This document shows, piece by piece, positions 1 through 8,169 of a stretch of 10,770 bases of DNA. The stretch lies in NCBI GenBank assembly GCA_049314435.1, contig JBMOFD010000063.1, positions 1 through 10,770 of the forward strand, written 5' to 3'. The translations under genes were made by a program, and so were the position numbers. Source of the DNA: Chlamydiia bacterium. GTDB taxonomy: Bacteria > Chlamydiota > Chlamydiia > Chlamydiales > JBMOFD01. Within the stretch, counting starts at the first letter, position 1. Every line of letters begins with the position of its first letter. The notes under the pieces were generated by a model. The model worked only from the letters and a program-made list of their open reading frames with translations, was not told the DNA's origin and did not search any database.

Positions 1-42
1 GGTGGGCCGAGCTAGGGAGCGTGTCGACGTCTCGGTTCTTGC

Positions 43-387
43 ATGCTTCTTTCCGAAGACGGACAATCGTCGGGCGCGTGTTGGCCAGCTGGGAGTCCTT
101 TCCAATTTGAAATGGCGATGGCTAACCTATCCTACGGAGTTCTAGGCCTGATCGCATTCTGGAAGACCTCGTTTCGCGTGCCTGTCGTCATTGGATCGGC
201 GGTCCTCTACCTAGGGTGTGCCGTAGGTCACATCCAGCAGATGCGTCTTGGTGATTTTGCTCCGAACAATGTGGGTCCGGTGCTCTGGCTGAGCGATATC
301 GCCGTGCCCATCGTGCTCCTTGCGCTCGTGTTCAGCCTTGTGCGGACTGGGCATGGTCCAACAAGGAGAGATGATCCATTCCTATAG
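43..387 (+). CDS. DUF6790-like integral membrane protein, C-terminal part (5' end frameshifted or truncated)
   Basis: Motifs WPAGSPFQFEMAMANL, GHIQQM and FAPNNVGPVLWLSDI plus three hydrophobic segments resemble DUF6790 as I recall it. An in-frame TAG at 13-15 blocks upstream extension, so ATG 43 is probably not the native start. Confidence 0.6.
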   Translation: MLLSEDGQSSGACWPAGSPFQFEMAMANLSYGVLGLIAFWKTSFRVPVVIGSAVLYLGCAVGHIQQMRLGDFAPNNVGPVLWLSDIAVPIVLLALVFSLVRTGHGPTRRDDPFL

Positions 388-391
388 TGGG

Positions 392-1927
392 TCATACGAT
401 CTTCGACTGAGCGATTTTCTGGCAGGCTAAGAGCAGTTGCCGCAGTTCCATGGAGGCGGTGATCTGCTCAACCGAGCAGGGAAGCCTCTGGGTCCAGTTC
501 TTCACGCTCACGATGCCTGGGGAGTTGATGCGGATGTCAGCCAAGGCTTCTGGCATCAAGCTAGGGATGGCCGACAGGTATTCCTGAATAAGATGGATGA
601 CCCAGTGACTACCCGATCGAAAGCTCTCCAACAGTAGCCATCTGCGATCCTCGGGAGAGAGAGTTTCCATATAGGGGTGGTTCCTGGAACGGCAGAACAG
701 GCGAGCCTCTTGTGGATGCTCGTGCCACCATGTTCCCAATAGAGAACTGTCATGAGTCGAGTAGCTGCAGATGCTGAGGGCGGGATACTCTTCCAATGGA
801 GTAAAGGCCTTGGGAGTGTGCTCCCAGCGGATGACCCTCATACCGGGGATGCCAAGATCTGCGAGGGTCTCGCGCACACCATGGGGCACGGTACCCAGGT
901 CTTCAGCCATCGGTCGCATGCGGGAGCTCTTCTGGAGCATCTCAAGGATCGCGCGTCCCTGGGGCAGCCAAGCTTTCTCATCAGCAGGAACGAACGCGCC
1001 GCCGAGAGCGGGCAATCCTAAGGGGATGGTCCAAAGCCGGAAGAATCCCAGGACATGGTCGATGCGGTAGAGGTCATAGAACGATTCCGCATAATGCAGG
1101 CGCTGCTTCCACCAGGAGAATTCCGAGGCCTTATGTACTGCCCAGTCATAGGTGGGGAAGCTCCAGTTCTGCCCTTCTGGTGCATAGTCGTCTGGAGGAG
1201 CGCCCGCCTCGAAGTCGAATTGAAAGAGCGTGGGATGGGTCCAGGCATCGGCGCTATCGCGACCTACGAGGATGGGCAGATCGCCAAAGATCTGTAGGTT
1301 CTGCTGCTGCGCAACGGTATGCACTTGATGCAGCTGCTCCCAGAGCAGGTACTGCAATATGGTCTGATCGAAGAGATCCTGCTCTAACTCAGGTGCATCA
1401 TGAGGCCATTCCCACCAGGGACGCTCCTGATAATGCGCCTTGAGTGCCTTGTAGCATCCATAGGCCTCCAGCCATCCCGACTGGTCAGCGGTGAATGTCT
1501 GCAGGCCTGGATGCTCTCTCCAGAGACTCCTGGTCTCTTGGCAGTAGAGTTGGAACCAAGCAAGCTTCTTTGCCAGCACCTGCTCATAGTCCACCCAGTG
1601 ACTGGAGGACTTCTGCCATGTCTGGAGAGAGGCAAGGAGCTGCGGAACACGATCTAGAAAGGGCAAGGCGGAGAGCCGTAGATAGATGGGGTGCAGAGCA
1701 CAGCTGCTACAGAGTGTATAGGGGCTGCTGACCGATCCTGTATCATTGACGGGCAGAAGTTGGAGGACCGAGAACCCAACGGAGCTCAGCCACGGAATCA
1801 GAGGAAGGAGGTCGAGAAACTCACCGCAGCCCAGGCTCTGCTCAGACCAGAGAGAGAGGAGCGGAATGCAGATGCCCGCTTGAGTCTCTGAGGGAAGAGG
1901 GTCAATGCTAGTCTGAGGGACGGTCAT
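392..1927 (-). CDS. malQ: 4-alpha-glucanotransferase (amylomaltase, GH77)
   Basis: GH77 motifs QLLPVND..SPY, GDLPI, GAPPDDY...GQNW, and the catalytic triad motifs YRIDH, AEDLG and THD. Start reassigned from 2047 to ATG 1927, 7 nt after the scc1 stop with GAGG upstream (511 aa). The position matches the chlamydial T3SS operon. Confidence 0.95.
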   Translation of the reverse strand: MTVPQTSIDPLPSETQAGICIPLLSLWSEQSLGCGEFLDLLPLIPWLSSVGFSVLQLLPVNDTGSVSSPYTLCSSCALHPIYLRLSALPFLDRVPQLLASLQTWQKSSSHWVDYEQVLAKKLAWFQLYCQETRSLWREHPGLQTFTADQSGWLEAYGCYKALKAHYQERPWWEWPHDAPELEQDLFDQTILQYLLWEQLHQVHTVAQQQNLQIFGDLPILVGRDSADAWTHPTLFQFDFEAGAPPDDYAPEGQNWSFPTYDWAVHKASEFSWWKQRLHYAESFYDLYRIDHVLGFFRLWTIPLGLPALGGAFVPADEKAWLPQGRAILEMLQKSSRMRPMAEDLGTVPHGVRETLADLGIPGMRVIRWEHTPKAFTPLEEYPALSICSYSTHDSSLLGTWWHEHPQEARLFCRSRNHPYMETLSPEDRRWLLLESFRSGSHWVIHLIQEYLSAIPSLMPEALADIRINSPGIVSVKNWTQRLPCSVEQITASMELRQLLLACQKIAQSKIV

Positions 1928-1934
1928 GGGCCCT

Positions 1935-2393
1935 CTAGCGCGGTCTATTGCGTGCGATATCGGATAGGCTGGGAAGTGAGGAGCCTCCAGGAGTTGGGAA
2001 GGGGCCTCCGATACGAAGGGCATCCTGCCAGAGGACCGCCGCATCAAGGACTTCCACGAAGCGCGCTACCCACTGTTCCGGAGGGAGGCTAGGCGGCAGC
2101 TGGATCTGGAGCACCATCGCCCCCCTCTTCTTTGAGTACGCCAAAGAGTAGTAGGGGGGCATAGCACTCCCATTACTGAATAGGGCAGCCTGTAGTGCCT
2201 GCTCTCGGAAACGACCTGGTGGAAGGGTTTCAAGCACCGAAAGAATCGTCAGACCGCCACCTACCGGAGACTCCAGGTGTAGGTCAAGGCCATCGCGTAG
2301 TTGTAACCGACAGGTGCCCTGCTGGGTGGCTACCAGAGGGATCCCTAGGAGCGGCTCAAGGATTTCCAGGTATGGTTTTAAGCCCTCATCCAT
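1935..2393 (-). CDS. scc1: Type III secretion chaperone, CesT/SycE family (Scc1, CopN chaperone)
   Basis: 152 aa. The segment LPPGRFREQALQAALFSNG...LAYSKK resembles chlamydial Scc1, and it lies between copN and malQ. Start reassigned to ATG 2393, with AGGA upstream and an 8-nt overlap with the copN end. Confidence 0.85.
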   Translation of the reverse strand: MDEGLKPYLEILEPLLGIPLVATQQGTCRLQLRDGLDLHLESPVGGGLTILSVLETLPPGRFREQALQAALFSNGSAMPPYYSLAYSKKRGAMVLQIQLPPSLPPEQWVARFVEVLDAAVLWQDALRIGGPFPTPGGSSLPSLSDIARNRPR

Positions 2394-3729
2394 GGCCTTT
2401 TCCTGGTTGCTCTGGTTGAAGGTGAGGAAGGGCCGAGAGCGCTTCGTCCACTTCATCCTCCTCCGTCTTCACCTGGGCCTTCCTGCGCTTTCTCTCTTCG
2501 GCGCGCTGTTGGAGCGCTACTTGTCGCAGTCGACGTAGGCCTTCTCGCGTCTGCTCCTCAAGCTGGGCGTCGACCATCTCCACGGCCTTTTGAAAGGCCT
2601 TTTGCAGATCCTCTCGGGCTTGTGGCGTGCGGTAGAGGCGCGGTGCTGTGAAGTCCACCGCCTGTTCAAAGAGGTTAAACACGAGGGTCTGTCCCACGAG
2701 ATTCCCAGCGAGCATGAGCTTGTCAGCGCTTTGCAGCACCTTCTCCGCAATCGGATAGCGGTCATCCACAAAGCGACAGTACATCCTGGCTAAGTTCTCA
2801 AAATAGAGCTCCTTGGAGGCCTTGAGTCCATAGGTCGTGAACTGTCGAAGAAGCTCTTTCTGACGAGAGGCAAAGAAGTAGTAGACGCCCAGGATGGCGC
2901 TCAGGACTCGACACTCTCCCATGAGATGCACAATATCATTACGCTCAGGCCGCAATACGGAGTCTTTGAGCTCGTTGTTCAGGCAGTGGATGAGGAATTT
3001 AATCACCTGCTTCAACTCATCATAGGTGAACCGTTTGGCGAGCTCCTCAAAGAGCTGTGCTGGTTCTCGATGGGTATCCACCACGTCGCGGTACAGGGAT
3101 CTCAGAGAGCTGGGCTGATCCAATCCAGAGGCGGCATATTTTTGGACTGTGCTCTGGATATTGCGCCCCGAGCGGATCTCTTTTTCATAGCGCTTGTTGA
3201 GGATGGAGCGGGCTTCCTCCACCAGAGCGCGCTTGACCGCATTCGTGGTGGTTTCTGCAAGAAAGATCATTGCTTCATCGGCCAGCGAGGGATCGGCGTA
3301 GAACTCCTGAACAATCTCTAAGATCTCTTCAGCCGTCTCTGCCGACTGACAGCGGGCATGGAGTAGTTCAAGAGAGTTCTTGAGCAGCTCTGGATTGCGA
3401 TCGTGGAACCTAGAGGAGGCGTCGTCCACCTCGGAAACCGCTTCGACTGCTTCAGCTACGACCTTCTCGTCGGGATTCGCCTGACCAGCCTTCGTCGAGC
3501 GCACCCGCTCTTGGAGCGTCTGGATGTTACGATTAAAGCGCTGTAGGGTGTTGCCGAACCCACCCTCCTCCATAAACTCTTGATTGACGGCCTCCGCCGC
3601 GCGCTCTTCGGCCACCTGTCTGATTGCTAGCTGGCTTGCAATTTTGGAGAGGTCCTGAATGGGGGCTCTCCCTGCGGGGCCTAGTGGGCGACCGAGCTGA
3701 GAGGCTGAGACGTCGTTTACGTGGTCCAT
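2386..3729 (-). CDS. copN: Type III secretion gatekeeper SctW (CopN/LcrE)
   Basis: 447-aa helical protein directly after sctV. Motifs FHDRNPEL, FYADPSLADEA, EIRSGRNI, LRSLYRD, ILGVYYFF and APRLY match environmental chlamydial CopN as I recall it. Confidence 0.9.
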   Translation of the reverse strand: MDHVNDVSASQLGRPLGPAGRAPIQDLSKIASQLAIRQVAEERAAEAVNQEFMEEGGFGNTLQRFNRNIQTLQERVRSTKAGQANPDEKVVAEAVEAVSEVDDASSRFHDRNPELLKNSLELLHARCQSAETAEEILEIVQEFYADPSLADEAMIFLAETTTNAVKRALVEEARSILNKRYEKEIRSGRNIQSTVQKYAASGLDQPSSLRSLYRDVVDTHREPAQLFEELAKRFTYDELKQVIKFLIHCLNNELKDSVLRPERNDIVHLMGECRVLSAILGVYYFFASRQKELLRQFTTYGLKASKELYFENLARMYCRFVDDRYPIAEKVLQSADKLMLAGNLVGQTLVFNLFEQAVDFTAPRLYRTPQAREDLQKAFQKAVEMVDAQLEEQTREGLRRLRQVALQQRAEERKRRKAQVKTEEDEVDEALSALPHLQPEQPGKGHG

Positions 3730-3737
3730 ATGATTGC

Positions 3738-5849
3738 CTACACGATCTGGATACGACCCAGAGGCTGGATACGAATCTCAGGTAGAACCTCCTGGTAGGA
3801 GATGACGGCGGCATTGGGGAACTCTGTCTCAACGAGGCGCTTCACAAAGCGCCGGACCGTGAAGCCAGTGAGAACGAGGGGCGGCTGTCCGCCAGCAGGG
3901 ACCGGCTTGATGGCGGACCGGATGGCGTGCTTGATCAGTTCTAGGGTGTCGGGATCCAGACCAAGACGTGATCCAGTGCTGGTCTGCTTGATGGCCGCTG
4001 CAATCATATCCTCGATCTCAGGATCCACCACATAGACAGCTAGTGTTGACTGCCCCTGGCTATACTTGTAGCTGATGTACCGCTTCAGGGACTCGCGAGC
4101 GAATTCCGTGAGGTTGATCACATCCTTTTCAGTCTGGGCGTTCTCTCCCAAGGCTTCTAAGATGGTGCGCAGGTCCTTAATCGAAATCTCCTCCTGCACG
4201 AGTCGCTTGAAGATATCGGTCAGCTTCTGCAGCGGGATCAGACGAGAAACTTCCTTCACGAGATCGGGGAAGGACTTTTCAATGAAAGCGAGCATCGCTC
4301 GAACCTCTTGGATCCCCAGGAACTCAGCAGAGTATTGACGATAAAATTGAGTGAGGTGCAGAGCGAGGATCTGTAGAGTGTCCCAATACTTGAGATTCGC
4401 CTTGGTCAAGATGTCGGCGTACTTATCCTCGACCCAGAGAGTGGGCATCCCCTGACCTGAGGAGTAGCTCGTGAAGGGGATGTTGTACCTCTTGAGGGTC
4501 TGCTCGGTCTCTCCAGTGAGGAGATGCTTAGGGAGCACCTTGGCCTTCACCACCGGCACTTCATTGAGCAAGACCATGTATTCCCAGTCCTGCAGATTGG
4601 CCGAGTTGGGTCGGACGTGGACAGCTGGGAAACGCACGCCTAGATCTTGGTAGAGCGCATTGCGCAGTTTAGGGATCTGCTCCTCAGTGAAGGCTCTCCC
4701 TGCCTTTTCTTTTACGAGGAGATGGCTGAGCCCACTGCCCGCCTCTAAGATGACCGGCATGGTCAGGGCGTATTCACCCTCCTCTTGTTCAACGACGTTC
4801 CCTTCCGCATCCGTCTCAGGAGCGGTGCCACCTGCAGCACGGAGCTTCCAGGCCTTGTAGATGTAGTACCCTTGGATCCCACCAATGAGACCCCCCATAA
4901 TGAAGAAGGGGATTCGAGCGAACCCAGGAATCAGACCTAAGCTGAATACCATGATGGCCGCCAAGATCAGGGCCTTGGGCTGAGCACGCAGCTGACTGCT
5001 GATGTCTCGGCCTAAGTTCGCATCCTTTTTATCAGAGGACACACGCGTGGTGACGATACCGGCGGTCACGGAGATCAAAAGAGCAGGGATCTGCGACACT
5101 AGACCGCTACCGATCGAGAGAATGGCGTACGTCTGCGCTGCATCATAGGCAGACATGCCTCGCATCGAGACCCCGATGATCAAGCCCCCGATGATGTTGA
5201 TCGTAGTGATCACGATCCCCGCGATCGCATCCCCTTTCACAAACTTCATGGCACCATCCATGGCGCCATAGAGCTGGCTCTCTTTCTGGAGGGCCCCTCG
5301 CAGCTCGCGAGCTTGGTTGGCATCGATCACGCCTGAACGAAGGTCAGCGTCGATCGACATCTGCTTCCCAGGCATCCCGTCCAATGAGAAGCGGGCCGCC
5401 ACTTCAGCCACACGCTCCGAGCCCTTTACGACCACGATGAACTGCACAATGGTGATGATCAGGAAGATGATCCCGCCCACCACAAAGCTTCCGCCTACGA
5501 CCAACCTACCGAACGCATAGATGATGTGTCCCGCATAGGCATGGAGGAGGATCTGCTTGGTCGAGGCTACCTCAATCGACACACGATAGAGCGTGGTGAT
5601 GAGCAGCAGCGAGGGGAAGATCGACAGGTGGGTCGCCTTGGGGATGTAGAGGGCTACCATCAGCAGCGAAATCGAGATCGTCAGGTTGATCGCAATCAGG
5701 AAGTCAATGACGGTCGGAGGGACCTGGATGATCAACACGCCGATGATCAGCACGATCCACGCGGCAAGGACGATGTCGCTTGATTTGGCGATGGCGGCAA
5801 GAACCCTTTCCGAACCCAACCGACGTGCGAAGTTGCCTAGCATGCTCAT
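3738..5849 (-). CDS. sctV: Type III secretion export gate protein SctV (CdsV/LcrD, FHIPEP family)
   Basis: 703 aa with an N-terminal multi-TM domain. FHIPEP signature RVAEVAARFSLDGMPGKQMSIDADL, plus LYGAMDGAMKFVKGDAIAG and C-terminal VISYQEV. ATGA overlap with the sctU stop. Confidence 0.97.
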   Translation of the reverse strand: MSMLGNFARRLGSERVLAAIAKSSDIVLAAWIVLIIGVLIIQVPPTVIDFLIAINLTISISLLMVALYIPKATHLSIFPSLLLITTLYRVSIEVASTKQILLHAYAGHIIYAFGRLVVGGSFVVGGIIFLIITIVQFIVVVKGSERVAEVAARFSLDGMPGKQMSIDADLRSGVIDANQARELRGALQKESQLYGAMDGAMKFVKGDAIAGIVITTINIIGGLIIGVSMRGMSAYDAAQTYAILSIGSGLVSQIPALLISVTAGIVTTRVSSDKKDANLGRDISSQLRAQPKALILAAIMVFSLGLIPGFARIPFFIMGGLIGGIQGYYIYKAWKLRAAGGTAPETDAEGNVVEQEEGEYALTMPVILEAGSGLSHLLVKEKAGRAFTEEQIPKLRNALYQDLGVRFPAVHVRPNSANLQDWEYMVLLNEVPVVKAKVLPKHLLTGETEQTLKRYNIPFTSYSSGQGMPTLWVEDKYADILTKANLKYWDTLQILALHLTQFYRQYSAEFLGIQEVRAMLAFIEKSFPDLVKEVSRLIPLQKLTDIFKRLVQEEISIKDLRTILEALGENAQTEKDVINLTEFARESLKRYISYKYSQGQSTLAVYVVDPEIEDMIAAAIKQTSTGSRLGLDPDTLELIKHAIRSAIKPVPAGGQPPLVLTGFTVRRFVKRLVETEFPNAAVISYQEVLPEIRIQPLGRIQIV

Positions 5850-6919
5850 GTATTGTTATCCAAATTTCCGAGCGGGTTCAGGTCAGGGTGGAGAGAGAAG
5901 ACCATGCGTAGCACTTCCGCCATAGGTTCAAAGAGCTCCTCGGGGATGAAGGAATTCACTTCCGCCTTCTCTCTGAGTGCATGAGCTAAAGGAACATTTC
6001 GCACAATGGGGATTCCGGCCTCTTCTGCGATTTTGATGATCTCTGCCGCCACAGACCCCACGCCCATAGCCAACACGAACGGCGCCGGGTAGTCCTTCTC
6101 GTAGCCGATCGCGACCGCAATGTGCGTCGGGTTGGTGATGATCGCACGCGCCTTCTTCACGACGCCAGGATCTTGATAGGCGATCTCCTGGGCGATCTGC
6201 TTGCGCTTCCCCTTAATCTCGGGGTTCCCTTCCGTATCCTTGTACTCCTGCTTGACCTCGTACTTTTCCATCCGCATCTCTTTAGCAAAGTTGCGTTTCT
6301 GGAAAAGTAGGTCAGCGATCGCCACAGCCAAGAAGAAGATCCCCACCTTGATGATCACCTGGCGGAGGAAGTCCTCAAGGATGAGGGCCGACCCAATTAG
6401 GGGAAGCTGCACTGTGGCGAGCACCTCGGGCATCGCTTTGCGCACGACCGTGTAGACTAAGTAGGCCGCTCCGGCGATCTTCAGTAAACTCTTTAGAAGC
6501 TCCATCAGCGTACGCAGCTTGAACTTCTGCTTGATGTTGTCGACCGGGTTCAACTTCTTCAGGTCGAACTTCATGGCTTCCATCGACCACATGGGTCCCA
6601 CGATCAGGAAGTTAACGACCACGCCGACAAAGAGTGTAATGCCCATGATGGGAAGCGAGCAGGTCAAGATGACGTAGGCCGCTTCGGTAAGCAGAAGACC
6701 AGCCGCGCTTTGCCAGTCGATCGTATGGGTCGACATCTGAAAGAGCGTGAGCATGTACCCTGTCATCTTATCGTAGATGGTGCCGGAGTAGGCCATGACC
6801 GTGCCAACGGCGACGACGAAGGTGAAGGCAGACGGGAAGTCCTGAGACTTCGCGACCTGTCCCTTCTTACGAGCCTCGCGCAGCTTACGTGGGGTTGCCT
6901 CTTCGGTCTTCTCGGCCAC
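5846..6919 (-). CDS. sctU: Type III secretion export apparatus switch protein SctU (CdsU/YscU)
   Basis: N-terminus MAEKTEEATPRKLREARKKGQV, four TM segments, EVKQEYKDTEGNPEIK, and the NPTH autocleavage motif at 6122-6133. GTG start with GGAG 8 nt upstream. Confidence 0.97.
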   Translation of the reverse strand: MAEKTEEATPRKLREARKKGQVAKSQDFPSAFTFVVAVGTVMAYSGTIYDKMTGYMLTLFQMSTHTIDWQSAAGLLLTEAAYVILTCSLPIMGITLFVGVVVNFLIVGPMWSMEAMKFDLKKLNPVDNIKQKFKLRTLMELLKSLLKIAGAAYLVYTVVRKAMPEVLATVQLPLIGSALILEDFLRQVIIKVGIFFLAVAIADLLFQKRNFAKEMRMEKYEVKQEYKDTEGNPEIKGKRKQIAQEIAYQDPGVVKKARAIITNPTHIAVAIGYEKDYPAPFVLAMGVGSVAAEIIKIAEEAGIPIVRNVPLAHALREKAEVNSFIPEELFEPMAEVLRMVFSLHPDLNPLGNLDNNT

Positions 6920-7029
6920 AGTGGCGTCTCCGTTGAGGGCTGGTCTGTTCCACGCCTAAAGCACACCTTGTCAGTCGTCTACAAAATGCGCAAGCGTGGT
7001 AGACTACCCCCCCTATAGATGGGGCTGTC
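6920..7029. promoter_or_regulatory. Divergent promoter region for the sctU operon and ychF, with a candidate extended -10 (TGgTAGACT, 6997-7005, + strand) for ychF
   Basis: 110-bp gap between head-to-head genes. TGnTAnnnT match 24 nt upstream of the ychF ATG. No convincing -35/-10 pair was found for the minus-strand operon. Confidence 0.45.
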
Positions 7030-8124
7030 ATGGCGAAATTAGCTGCTGGTATCGTAGGACTTCCCAACGTGGGCAAGTCGACTCTCTTCAATGCCCTGAC
7101 TCGCGGACATGCTCCCGCTGCCAACTACCCCTTCTGCACCATCGACCCGAATGTGGGTGTGGTGGAAGTCCCTGATGCTAGGCTGGCCGTTCTGGCCGGG
7201 ATCAGCCATGCCGCTAAGATCGTCCCCGCTTACATGCACTTTGTCGATATCGCTGGTCTGGTCAAGGGCGCCTCGCAAGGGGAGGGCCTCGGTAATCAGT
7301 TCCTTCAGCATATTCGTGAGACCGACGCTCTCCTCCATGTCGTGCGCTGTTTCGATGATCCGAACATCATCCACGTACATGGTGAGGTGGATCCCATCGC
7401 CGATATCGAGACCATCGATATCGAGTTGGTCCTGGCCGATCTGCAGATGATCGATCAGGCCCTCGCTAAGGTGGAGCGGCAGGCTAAGACCCAGAAGGAA
7501 GCGGGCCCCGTGTTGGAGGCTCTCCGTAAGGTGCGCATAGCCCTAGATAGTGGGATCCCCGTGCGTCGGCAGACCTTGACTCCGGCGGAGCGCGAGCTCC
7601 TATCGCCCTACGCTTTTATCACGGCTAAGCCGGTCCTTTATGCCTGCAATGTCGCCGAAGAGAGCCTTCCCTCCATGGAGAATGAGTGGGTGGCTGCTGT
7701 CAGAGCGCGCGCCGCCCAAGAGGGAGGGGAGGTCGTGCCCTTCTGCGCCAAGATCGAAGAGGAGCTGTCTCAACTCGATCCAGCCGATGCTACTGAGATG
7801 GCCCATCAATTAGGACTCACGGGGTCTGGTCTGGACCGTGTGATCCAGGCGAGCTTTAAAATGCTTGGATTGATGACCTTCCTCACGACGGGAGAGATCG
7901 AAACTCGAGCCTGGACGATCCATCGGGGAGACAACGCCTCTGAAGCTGCTGGTAAAATTCATTCTGATATCCAGAAGGGCTTTGTCCGAGCGGAGGTGAT
8001 TAGTTATCAGGACTTTGTTACACTAGGCGGCCGCAATGGTGCTCGAGAGGCCGGACGTCTACGTTCAGAAGGACGTGACTACGTGGTTCAAGACGGAGAT
8101 GTGATCCTCTTCCTTCATCATTGA
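7030..8124 (+). CDS. ychF: Redox-regulated ribosome-binding ATPase YchF (Obg family)
   Basis: P-loop [40 protein letters not shown]4 variant NVAE, and TGS-domain end AGKIHSD...[11 protein letters not shown]. Confidence 0.98.
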   Translation: MAKLAAGIVGLPNVGKSTLFNALTRGHAPAANYPFCTIDPNVGVVEVPDARLAVLAGISHAAKIVPAYMHFVDIAGLVKGASQGEGLGNQFLQHIRETDALLHVVRCFDDPNIIHVHGEVDPIADIETIDIELVLADLQMIDQALAKVERQAKTQKEAGPVLEALRKVRIALDSGIPVRRQTLTPAERELLSPYAFITAKPVLYACNVAEESLPSMENEWVAAVRARAAQEGGEVVPFCAKIEEELSQLDPADATEMAHQLGLTGSGLDRVIQASFKMLGLMTFLTTGEIETRAWTIHRGDNASEAAGKIHSDIQKGFVRAEVISYQDFVTLGGRNGAREAGRLRSEGRDYVVQDGDVILFLHH

Positions 8125-8135
8125 AGTTTTTATTA

Positions 8136-8153
8136 GGCCATCAAGAGATGGCC
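8136..8153. other. Perfect intergenic stem-loop GGCCATC-AAGA-GATGGCC
   Basis: 7-bp perfect inverted repeat 11 nt after the ychF stop. There is no clear downstream U-tract, so it is not called a terminator. Confidence 0.6.
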
Positions 8154-8169
8154 GTTCTCCATTAAGGGT

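Noticed and set aside
1928..2047. 40-aa N-terminal extension of MalQ in the ORF track
   Set aside because: It overlaps the scc1 coding end. ATG 1927 has an RBS and sits right after the scc1 stop.
2386..2468. Possible CopN-Scc1 fusion by +1 frameshift, by analogy to Yersinia YopN-TyeA, since the scc1 frame is open back to 2468
   Set aside because: There is no convincing slippery site. A short open overlap is expected at this GC, and an RBS plus an 8-nt overlap is explained by translational coupling.
3738..6919. Flagellar flhA/flhB assignment
   Set aside because: The adjacent gatekeeper copN, the CesT-type chaperone and malQ identify the non-flagellar chlamydial injectisome.
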